A DNA stretch of 62,892 bases from an uncultured Oscillospiraceae bacterium. Its GTDB lineage: Bacteria > Bacillota > Clostridia > Oscillospirales > SIG627. The notes under the pieces were generated by a model, which saw only the letters and a program-made list of their open reading frames with translations, was not told the origin of the DNA and made no database searches. The position numbers and the translations under genes were made by a program. The DNA is taken from NCBI GenBank assembly GCA_964558655.1, contig CAZLEX010000005.1, positions 1-62,892 of the forward strand. Reading direction: 5' to 3'. Positions 40,682-48,675 of the stretch are shown here, piece after piece (position 1 is the stretch's first letter; each line of letters begins with the position of its first letter).

Positions 40682-41155
40682 ATGAAAAGTGTTAATAAAT
40701 TTTATTTGTTATTTTCGGCACTTTTTACCGTGTTTGCGGCAGGTTTGTATATATCGTTGATTTCAGGCACCACTCAAGCTTATTTTACAGACAGAAAAAC
40801 ATTAAATTTTTCTCCGATGCAGTCAGCCGTTTACGAGATTGATATTTGCTGTACAAACGAAGATTTCAAATCGCTCGATGCCGTCAAAAATGACAACCTG
40901 TACACGCTTTCTCTCGAAGAAAACAAACAGTATGAAATTGTCCTGACAAACAGCGGGACGGCACACAGCGGCACTTGTCTGATTGATTTTGAAGGAGAAA
41001 CTTATTCTATCTGTCATTCAGTGCAAAACACGGTTGTTTCCTTCACCGTTAATTCTTCAAAAGCAAGCACCTTAACGGTAAAAACCGTATGGGGCACTTC
41101 TGCCGAAGATAATGTTTTGCAAAACGGAGATATAATCGGAAATACTCACAGCTAA
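40682..41155 (+). CDS. Second SipW-dependent signal peptide protein (small)
   Basis: Hydrophobic stretch then GTTQAYFTD SipW-type cleavage motif. Confidence 0.75.
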   Translation: MKSVNKFYLLFSALFTVFAAGLYISLISGTTQAYFTDRKTLNFSPMQSAVYEIDICCTNEDFKSLDAVKNDNLYTLSLEENKQYEIVLTNSGTAHSGTCLIDFEGETYSICHSVQNTVVSFTVNSSKASTLTVKTVWGTSAEDNVLQNGDIIGNTHS

Positions 41156-41186
41156 ACATAGCTTAGAAAATTAATTCCCGATTTTG

Positions 41187-41224
41187 AAAATGCTGTAACC
41201 TCTTTTGAGGTTACAGCATTTTTT
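41187..41224. terminator. Bidirectional terminator between sipW operon and spo0A
   Basis: aaaatgctgtaacctc-tttt-gaggttacagcatttt. Confidence 0.9.
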
Positions 41225-42002
41225 ATCCCACATGACTTTTCATTTTTAAGCGAAGATTGTCGGCTATCATTGCTATAAATTCGGAATTTGTCGGTTTACC
41301 TTTGGAATTTTGTACGGTATAACCGAAAAACGAATTAAGCATATCGACATCTCCTCTGTCCCATGCAACTTCAATGGCGTGACGGATAGCTCTTTCCACT
41401 CTTGACGATGTTGTCCCGAATTCCGACGCTACGGTCGGATAGAGAGTTTTGGTCACCTCGTTTATTATGCGGTTGTTCTTAACCACCATCATAATTGCTG
41501 ACCTAAGGTATTGGTAACCTTTTATATGAGCCGGTATTCCAACCTGATGAATAACCTGAGTTACCTGTGTTTCAAGATCAAAATCGTCGTCCGGAGAATA
41601 AAGCCTTTCCACTTCGTTTTTATCGACAAGCCTATTAATTCTGAACACCAGGCTTTCATATTCAAAAGGCTTTATCAAACAGCCGTCCGCACCTATTAAC
41701 AGCATTTCCTCTATAAGCCTTCTGTTGTTAATTCCCGTGACTATAAGAAATGCAGGTCGATAATCGGCATCAAATCTCCTCGATTCTTTAATCAAACTTC
41801 CCGCATCAAGTCCCGGAAACCATAAATCCGTTACTACGACATCCGGACGGAACCTCTTTATCGCACTCAACGCTTCCGAGCCGTCTCCGCTTTCTCCGAC
41901 AACATCAATTCCGAGTTTTCTCAAATTTTCGGCACATACATATCTGTAATCATTATTTGAATCCACAATGTACACCTTTGTTCTTCTTGTCATTTCTTTC
42001 AC
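41223..42002 (-). CDS. spo0A: Sporulation master regulator Spo0A
   Basis: Receiver domain plus IHQVGIPAHIKGYQYLR, TKTLYP, SRVERAIRHAIEVAW, KPTNSEFIA. Confidence 0.95.
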   Translation of the reverse strand: MKEMTRRTKVYIVDSNNDYRYVCAENLRKLGIDVVGESGDGSEALSAIKRFRPDVVVTDLWFPGLDAGSLIKESRRFDADYRPAFLIVTGINNRRLIEEMLLIGADGCLIKPFEYESLVFRINRLVDKNEVERLYSPDDDFDLETQVTQVIHQVGIPAHIKGYQYLRSAIMMVVKNNRIINEVTKTLYPTVASEFGTTSSRVERAIRHAIEVAWDRGDVDMLNSFFGYTVQNSKGKPTNSEFIAMIADNLRLKMKSHVG

Positions 42003-42029
42003 CCCTGTTTTTTATTTTTCAGTGACATA

Positions 42030-42058
42030 ATATTACCATATTTTTCCAAATATATCAA
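42030..42058 (-). promoter_or_regulatory. sigma-A-like promoter of spo0A
   Basis: TTGATA-17-TAATAT with extended TG. Confidence 0.55.
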
Positions 42059-42157
42059 GGGTTTTTAAAAAATATTTCCATTTTTTTCCATTTTCGTCCG
42101 TTTTAACAGTAAAGTACTTTTAACTTCGATTATTTTACACGAATTTTTCAAAATTAT

Positions 42158-42164
42158 TGTCGAA
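42158..42164 (+). promoter_or_regulatory. 0A box upstream of spo0A
   Basis: TGTCGAA consensus in the spo0A upstream region (short motif, could be chance). Confidence 0.5.
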
Positions 42165-42226
42165 AGTCCCTAAAAGCAGCAAAAGCCTCATGCGTTCGGC
42201 ATGAGGCTTGTTTTGTATTTTTTATT

Positions 42227-43663
42227 TTATCTGAAATCGGTGATTTTCGCAAGTCCGCCGTCTGATGTTTCTCTGTATAAAGCAGACAAATCGCGTCCTG
42301 TTTCACGCATTGTTTCAACAACACGGTCAAAGGAAATTTTACGGGTATCCCACAAAAAAGACGCAAGATTTACCGCATTTATAGCACGCATCGCAGCTAC
42401 GGCGTTCCGTTCAATGCAGGGAATTTGCACAAGTCCGCATATGGGATCGCAAGTCAGACCGAGATGATGCTCAATTGCAATTTCGGCGGCATATTCGATT
42501 TTATCGATATTAAGTTCAAAAAGTTCACCGAGTGCCGCCGAAGCCATTGCACAGGCTGTACCTATTTCAGCCTGACAACCACATTCGGCTCCCGAAATGG
42601 AAGAATTTGTTTTTATAAGATTTCCTATCAGTCCCGCAGTCGCAAGTGCGTGTAAAATCTCCTCGTCCCCGTAACCGTTTTTTTGCTGCTGATAGTATAA
42701 AACAGACGGCAAAACGCCCGCAGAACCGCAAGTGGGAGCTGTAACTATAGTTTCTCCCGACGCATTCTGCTCACTGATTGCAAAAGCATAAGAACAAACA
42801 AGTCTGTTTTCTTTGGTCTGAGAAGATTCGTCCACATGCTGATTATTGTAAAGTGATTTTGCCTTTTTGTGCACACCCAATCCGCCCGGCAGAATTCCTT
42901 CATCATGCAATCCGCGTTTTATGGAATCTTTCATGACATTCCACACCTTTTGCATGTATTCCCAAAACCCGTCTTCTTCGTTTTGTTCCACATACTGCCA
43001 AAGTTTCAGGGAGTTTTTGTTACAGTAAAGTGCAATGTCGTGGAATTTCGTTTCATGATACGGAGAAAAAACATCTTCGTTTTTTTCACCCTCAAAAAGT
43101 ATTTTTCCTCCTCCGACGCTTTTGACTCTCGACTTTCCTATTTCATCGCCGTTTTTAAAAGCGAAAATATCCATTGTATTCGGGTGAGGAATTGCCGTAT
43201 TTTTTAAATTAAATTCAACCTCACATTCGACAGGGAAAAAAGTCTTTTTAATAACTTCGGCAGTCCCGTGACCTTTACCTGTCTTTGCGAGAGATCCGTA
43301 AAGAATTACTTTAAAACTGTCTGCGGCGGGATACATATTCGAAAATCGCCTGCAAGCTCTTTCGGGACCTATTGTGTGAGAACTTGACGGTCCCCTACCG
43401 ACACGGTAAATTTCTTTTACCGACTCCATCGCCGTATATTTTTCAAAAGTATTCGGTACAGCGTCCGAAACATCAAACAAATCGCTTACATTGGCGTTGA
43501 ATATTTTTGCGATGATAATAAGATGTTCCGATGACGGTACAGACAATCCGTTTTCCCATTTGGAAACAGCCCTGTCGCTTATTCCCAGCAAATCGGCAAG
43601 TTCCCTTTGAGACAGTTTGTGATTGATTCTGAAAGCACGAAACTTTTCGGGTAAAAAATTCAT
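42227..43663 (-). CDS. sdaA: XRE-HTH fused to single-chain Fe-S L-serine dehydratase
   Basis: N-terminal LSQRELADLLGISDRAVSKWENG; then GPSSSHT, APTCGSAG, GCQAE, GLTCDP, VQIPCIERN. Confidence 0.88.
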   Translation of the reverse strand: MNFLPEKFRAFRINHKLSQRELADLLGISDRAVSKWENGLSVPSSEHLIIIAKIFNANVSDLFDVSDAVPNTFEKYTAMESVKEIYRVGRGPSSSHTIGPERACRRFSNMYPAADSFKVILYGSLAKTGKGHGTAEVIKKTFFPVECEVEFNLKNTAIPHPNTMDIFAFKNGDEIGKSRVKSVGGGKILFEGEKNEDVFSPYHETKFHDIALYCNKNSLKLWQYVEQNEEDGFWEYMQKVWNVMKDSIKRGLHDEGILPGGLGVHKKAKSLYNNQHVDESSQTKENRLVCSYAFAISEQNASGETIVTAPTCGSAGVLPSVLYYQQQKNGYGDEEILHALATAGLIGNLIKTNSSISGAECGCQAEIGTACAMASAALGELFELNIDKIEYAAEIAIEHHLGLTCDPICGLVQIPCIERNAVAAMRAINAVNLASFLWDTRKISFDRVVETMRETGRDLSALYRETSDGGLAKITDFR

Positions 43664-43696
43664 CTGTATTCTCCAAATATCTATTCTTCATTTTAT

Positions 43697-44371
43697 TTAT
43701 ATTTGCCAATCTATTATGTCCTGACCGCTCAATTTCAGTATCTCATTACATTTTGAAAAATGACGGGAGCCGAAAAAGCCTCCGTATGCCGATAAAGGAC
43801 TTGGGTGTACCGTCTCAAGCTTTCTGTGAAGAGGATTATCTATTATTGCGGCTTTGGTTCTTGCGTTTGCTCCCCACAGCAAAAATACCACTGTATTCTG
43901 TTTTTTGTTAAGTTCGAAAATAACTCTGTCGGTAAACTTTTCCCACCCCATTCCTTTATGAGAATTGGGTTGTCCCTCTCTGACGGTCAAAACAGTGTTC
44001 AGCAATAAAACACCTTGTTTTGCCCAATGAGTAAGTTCTCCGTGTTCGGGAATTTTAAACCCGACATCGCTACTGAGTTCACGAAAAATATTTTTCAAAG
44101 ACGGAGGTGCCTCCACTCCCTTTTTCACGGAAAAACACATTCCGTGTGCCTGTCCGGCACCGTGATAAGGGTCCTGACCTATTATAACCACACGCGTTTT
44201 TTCGTAAGAAGAAAACTTCAGACTGTTGAAAATATCGTTCATATGAGGATATACCGTATATTTCGTATATTCCTGCTTTAAAAACGCACGAAGCTGTTTA
44301 TAATAAGGCTTTTCAAATTCATCGGCAAGAATCCCATCCCAATCGTTACCGAAATGTACCAACAAAAACAC
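43697..44371 (-). CDS. ung: Uracil-DNA glycosylase
   Basis: GQDPYH, VLLLN, HPSPLS; exact start uncertain. Confidence 0.95.
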   Translation of the reverse strand: MFLLVHFGNDWDGILADEFEKPYYKQLRAFLKQEYTKYTVYPHMNDIFNSLKFSSYEKTRVVIIGQDPYHGAGQAHGMCFSVKKGVEAPPSLKNIFRELSSDVGFKIPEHGELTHWAKQGVLLLNTVLTVREGQPNSHKGMGWEKFTDRVIFELNKKQNTVVFLLWGANARTKAAIIDNPLHRKLETVHPSPLSAYGGFFGSRHFSKCNEILKLSGQDIIDWQI

Positions 44372-44478
44372 CTCTCTTTTATCACATACGTGCCATAATA
44401 ATAGTACATTTTTTTTCGTGTTTTGTCAAGTCAAAGATAAAAAAATACAACCTTAATTACGGTTGTATTTTTCTTAAT

Positions 44479-44712
44479 TTATACACTTTCGTAAAAGACA
44501 TCGCAAAAAGCTCTGCCGCGTGAACGGTAAGTCGGAATAATCGCGGTTCCGCTTTGTGCGATAATGTTTCCTCTATTGCCTTTTGACGCACTTTCACGCT
44601 TTTTTATTCTCTTTGAAACCAAAAACATCATTATTCTTTCTTCGATTTCATCGGAAACAAATTCCCTCTCCCCTTTTTTTCTTTCATCGGCTTTTTTGTA
44701 AAAATCAATCAT
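44479..44712 (-). CDS. Small hypothetical protein
   Basis: GGAGG RBS before ATG 44712, 77 aa, followed by a terminator-like hairpin; no recognisable family. Confidence 0.5.
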   Translation of the reverse strand: MIDFYKKADERKKGEREFVSDEIEERIMMFLVSKRIKKRESASKGNRGNIIAQSGTAIIPTYRSRGRAFCDVFYESV

Positions 44713-44942
44713 TTTATAATTCCTCCGTTTCAAAGTATGTAAATATATTATTTGCAACTGCACAACACCGGGTTAAAGCAAACTTAAATTTCCTGTTTTC
44801 GCTTTTGTATCTTCGGTTGTTACACCTTTATTATACGCCAACATATGTGCTATAAAACGGACAGTTAAAAATGCTATTTACTGTTGACAAAATTCGTTTT
44901 TAATGATAAACTTCTATGTAGCGAAAATTGAGAGGTATTTGT

Positions 44943-45245
44943 ATGAATTTAACGCTTGAAAAAGTTATACTTGTTTGGAATATAGTTGTATTTTTACTTT
45001 TCGGTCTTGATAAATGGCGTGCGGGAAATAAAAAGCACCGCTCAAGTGAATTTTCTCTTTTATGCTGTTCGTTCTTTTTCGGGGCTCTCGGAGCGATGTT
45101 CGGAATGGTAATATTCAATCACAAAACTTCAAAACCAAATTTCCGCTTTCTTGTTCCGATTTTCGTGTTTTTAAACCCGTTTGTGCTGGAATTGTTCAAA
45201 AAATATGTACTGCCGTACATTGTAACTTTTATTAATTCTCTTTAA
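44943..45245 (+). CDS. DUF1294 membrane protein
   Basis: FLLFGLDKWRA..R.SE..L..FGALGA..GM..F.HKT.K; TTGACA-17-TAAACT promoter at 44884-44912. Confidence 0.85.
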   Translation: MNLTLEKVILVWNIVVFLLFGLDKWRAGNKKHRSSEFSLLCCSFFFGALGAMFGMVIFNHKTSKPNFRFLVPIFVFLNPFVLELFKKYVLPYIVTFINSL

Positions 45246-45257
45246 AAGGATATTATT

Positions 45258-46541
45258 ATGAAAAACATTTACAAAGACATCGGTATCGATGATGAAATTT
45301 TTAATTTCGGCGAAAAAATTCTGTCGAAATTTAAAGAAAGATTTGAAAAAATTGACCGCAACGCCGAACTGTGCCAAATTAAAGTAATAAAGGCAATGCA
45401 AAACAATCGTGTCAATGCCGCCTGCTTTGCAGGCACAACGGGATACGGATATAACGATCTCGGGCGTGAAACTTTGGAAAAAGTTTATGCCGATATTTTT
45501 CATACCGAAGCCGCACTTGTTCGGCCGCAAATAACCTGCGGAACGCACGCTCTTACCGTTGCCCTTTCGGCAAATCTTCTTCCCGGTGACACCTTATATT
45601 CACCTGTAGGCAGACCGTATGATACGCTCGAAGAAGTTATAGGTATCCGTCCGTCTCCCTGTTCTCTTGCCGAATACGGAGTAAATTACTGCGAAACCGA
45701 CTTAAATGATGACGGAACGGTAAATTTTGAAGAAATCGAAAAAGTTATTCGCTCAAACCCCGAAATTAAACTTGCAACAATACAACGATCCAAAGGATAC
45801 AAAACCCGTCCCACGCTGTCCGTCGAACAGATAGGAAAAATAATAAGCCTTATAAAAAGTGTAAATCCGAAAGTCATATGTATGGTTGACAATTGCTACG
45901 GTGAATTTGTCGAGGAAACAGAACCTTCCGATGTCGGTGCAGATATGACAGTCGGTTCTCTTATAAAAAATCCCGGCGGAGGACTTGCCCCCATCGGAGG
46001 ATACATATGCGGATCTGCTGTCTGCGTTGAACGGTGTGCATACAGACTCAGTGCTCCAGGTCTTGGTCAGGAGGTCGGTGCTACTCTCAGCGTTTCAACT
46101 TCGCTCTATCAGGGACTTTTTCTTGCCCCAACTGTCGTTGCATCTGCATTAAAAGGTGCGATTTTTGCGGCAGCTTGCTATGAAAAGCTCGGTTTTAACA
46201 CATTTCCCACTGCCGATACGGAGCGTCATGATATAATTCAATCCGTAGAGCTTAAAACTCCCGAAGGGCTCTGCTCTTTTTGTCACGGTATACAAGCCGC
46301 CGCACCGGTTGACAGTTTTGCCGTTCCCGTTCCGTCGGAAATGCCGGGATACGACAGCGATGTAATCATGGCTGCCGGTACTTTTGTTCAGGGTGCATCT
46401 ATCGAGCTTTCCGCCGACGGTCCCATGCGTGAACCCTTCGCCGTATTTTTTCAGGGCGGACTTACTTTCCCGCATGCGAAACTCGGCATATTAATGTCAA
46501 TGCAAAAGATGTACGAAAAAGGTCTGATTACTTTGCCTTAA
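45258..46541 (+). CDS. PLP-dependent methionine gamma-lyase family / aluminium-resistance protein (YnbB-like)
   Basis: TGYGYNDLGR, IQRSKGY, VDNCYGEF, GSLIKNPGGG. Confidence 0.9.
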   Translation: MKNIYKDIGIDDEIFNFGEKILSKFKERFEKIDRNAELCQIKVIKAMQNNRVNAACFAGTTGYGYNDLGRETLEKVYADIFHTEAALVRPQITCGTHALTVALSANLLPGDTLYSPVGRPYDTLEEVIGIRPSPCSLAEYGVNYCETDLNDDGTVNFEEIEKVIRSNPEIKLATIQRSKGYKTRPTLSVEQIGKIISLIKSVNPKVICMVDNCYGEFVEETEPSDVGADMTVGSLIKNPGGGLAPIGGYICGSAVCVERCAYRLSAPGLGQEVGATLSVSTSLYQGLFLAPTVVASALKGAIFAAACYEKLGFNTFPTADTERHDIIQSVELKTPEGLCSFCHGIQAAAPVDSFAVPVPSEMPGYDSDVIMAAGTFVQGASIELSADGPMREPFAVFFQGGLTFPHAKLGILMSMQKMYEKGLITLP

Positions 46542-46650
46542 AATTGTATGCCCAACAATGTCAATATGCCGCCTCAAGCAAAACAGCTTGAAGCGGCATA
46601 CACTTTATACACTTCGTAAAATACGGCGGATATCACCGCCGTCAATTGCA

Positions 46651-47127
46651 TTATACTTTGTCATCGTACTTTTTCGATTTTTTTAAGCGTAAATTCTCAA
46701 AGAAGCACTTTATTTCAGAAGAACATTCTTCCTCAAGTATTCCGCCGTGAACTTCGGGGTGATGATTAAAGGGAAAATCGTTTACATTCATTACGCTCCC
46801 AAAGCACCCTGCTTTGAGGTCATAAGCACCGAAATAAACATTTTTTATTCTTGAGGAAACAATAGCCCCCGCACACATAATGCAAGGCTCCAATGTTACA
46901 TACATATCACATTCCCAAAGTCTCCAGCCTCCGAGTTTTTTGCAGGCCCGATCGATAGCTGCAATTTCGGCATGCCCAAGTGCATTGCAATGCGTCTGAC
47001 GGCTGTTATTTCCCCATGAAATTATTTCTCCGTTTCTTACTATGACACACCCTACGGGAATTTCTCCGCGTTTTCCGCAAAGTCTTGCGTAATGCAAGGC
47101 TTTTTTCATATATTCTTCCTGCATCAT
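46651..47127 (-). CDS. tadA: tRNA adenosine(34) deaminase
   Basis: GEIPVG, HAE, TLEPCIMC; start at ATGA overlap. Confidence 0.92.
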   Translation of the reverse strand: MMQEEYMKKALHYARLCGKRGEIPVGCVIVRNGEIISWGNNSRQTHCNALGHAEIAAIDRACKKLGGWRLWECDMYVTLEPCIMCAGAIVSSRIKNVYFGAYDLKAGCFGSVMNVNDFPFNHHPEVHGGILEEECSSEIKCFFENLRLKKSKKYDDKV

Positions 47128-48020
47128 ATAACAGACTCCAACCACTTCAAAAGCATAAAAATCGCATAACCCGCCGCAATGTATATAAGAAGTCTCGGCA
47201 GAGCCTGAATTTTCATTTTATCCTTGTATTTTTCTCTCTTTTCAACTTTGTCTATTTCCGTCTCTATTTGCTTTTCTTTTTCGACATCGGGTTTCTCTGT
47301 ATTTCTGGATTTAATAAAATCAGCTTTTTTGGCTCTTTCGACAAGCGAATAAGCATCTTTTTCATATTCGGAAGTGTCATATTTTTTCATCATTTCCATT
47401 TGCGAAGCTTTGGTGCGGGAACACTTTGTACAAATTTCATCACTTGAATGATTTTTTTGGGAACAAGTACATATCCAAGCATATTCCGAAAATTTGGGCA
47501 TAACGACAGCCGGAAAAAGTTCCCCCGTAGATGACGGCGTAAGCGATGCGTCCATTTGTTCGAGATACTCTGTGGCAGTGCTTTCGTCTGTATCTGCGGC
47601 AGATAAGCATAACTTTTCAACAGTCCCGTCAGTATAGACAACCTCATCTATGAATATTTCGTACTTTTTGTAATATGTCTGAGGTATCGGAATATACTTA
47701 TCCTCACCTATAATATCCGAGTCTTTTTTCTTAAGGTTTACATTATATGTGAATGAAAGTTTTTTATACGGAATCTGAGAATCAAGGTATAAAAACAGCC
47801 GTACACTAAACTTATCTATATCTTTGGGTGTAACTTTTGAAAACCTTATAATCAAAAAATATTCAAAAGTTTCTATGTCATAAACACTCACACAATCCAA
47901 AAGCTCAAGAGGAGAAGATTCAAAAAGAAAATTAAATTCTTTTTTCTCAATTTCCTTAAAGAATCTCTTTTTTCCGAAATATCTTTTGGAGTAATCATAA
48001 AGTGTTATACCGTTATTCAT
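47124..48020 (-). CDS. Hypothetical membrane-anchored protein with zinc ribbon
   Basis: WICTC...N....CTKC motif and C-terminal TM helix; coupled in operon. Confidence 0.65.
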   Translation of the reverse strand: MNNGITLYDYSKRYFGKKRFFKEIEKKEFNFLFESSPLELLDCVSVYDIETFEYFLIIRFSKVTPKDIDKFSVRLFLYLDSQIPYKKLSFTYNVNLKKKDSDIIGEDKYIPIPQTYYKKYEIFIDEVVYTDGTVEKLCLSAADTDESTATEYLEQMDASLTPSSTGELFPAVVMPKFSEYAWICTCSQKNHSSDEICTKCSRTKASQMEMMKKYDTSEYEKDAYSLVERAKKADFIKSRNTEKPDVEKEKQIETEIDKVEKREKYKDKMKIQALPRLLIYIAAGYAIFMLLKWLESVI

Positions 48021-48675
48021 TTTTTAAAACCTTCCTTATGCAAAATGCAAAAACCAATGATAATAAGAAACACAAAAGCATCAAATACAAATGCACGGCA
48101 TCACTTACATAAAAAACGGTTGCCGTCAAATTATTTATCATATGGCAGATAATTATAAGCGAAACGCTTCCCGTAATTTCATAAAATACGGCAAGAACAA
48201 TTCCCGCAATAAAAGCCGCAATGCAAGCTCCCGCACCTATGTGCGACAAAGCAAAAAGTAAAGACGAAAAAAGCAACGCAATCGGAAAATTTAAAGATTT
48301 TTTCATTATACGGAAAACAGAAGCACGAAAAAACAGCTCTTCGCCTATCGGAACAATAAATACCGATACCAAAACCGACCGTATATCGCTTTTTACATTA
48401 TCGGAAGTTGGGAAAACAATATCCGTTAAATATGAAACAAAAATCATTACAGAAAGGAAAAAAGCCGCAAAAAAAATCCCGCCTTTGAAAAATTTAAAAG
48501 CCTTCCGCACGTGCCTTTCGTGCGAAAAAGCAAAAACGGCAATATATACGGCGCTGAGCAAAAAAGAAGTAACATACGAAGGAACATACGCAAGAAAAAG
48601 TGCCGAAACCGTTCTTGCGGCAAAAAATGCCGCAAGAACTGCAATCAGCCGTAAATTACCGTCAGCTGTCTTCAT
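48013..48675 (-). CDS. CPBP/Abi family intramembrane metalloprotease
   Basis: PIGEELFFR, FALSH, HMINN; start uncertain. Confidence 0.88.
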   Translation of the reverse strand: MKTADGNLRLIAVLAAFFAARTVSALFLAYVPSYVTSFLLSAVYIAVFAFSHERHVRKAFKFFKGGIFFAAFFLSVMIFVSYLTDIVFPTSDNVKSDIRSVLVSVFIVPIGEELFFRASVFRIMKKSLNFPIALLFSSLLFALSHIGAGACIAAFIAGIVLAVFYEITGSVSLIIICHMINNLTATVFYVSDAVHLYLMLLCFLLSLVFAFCIRKVLKNE

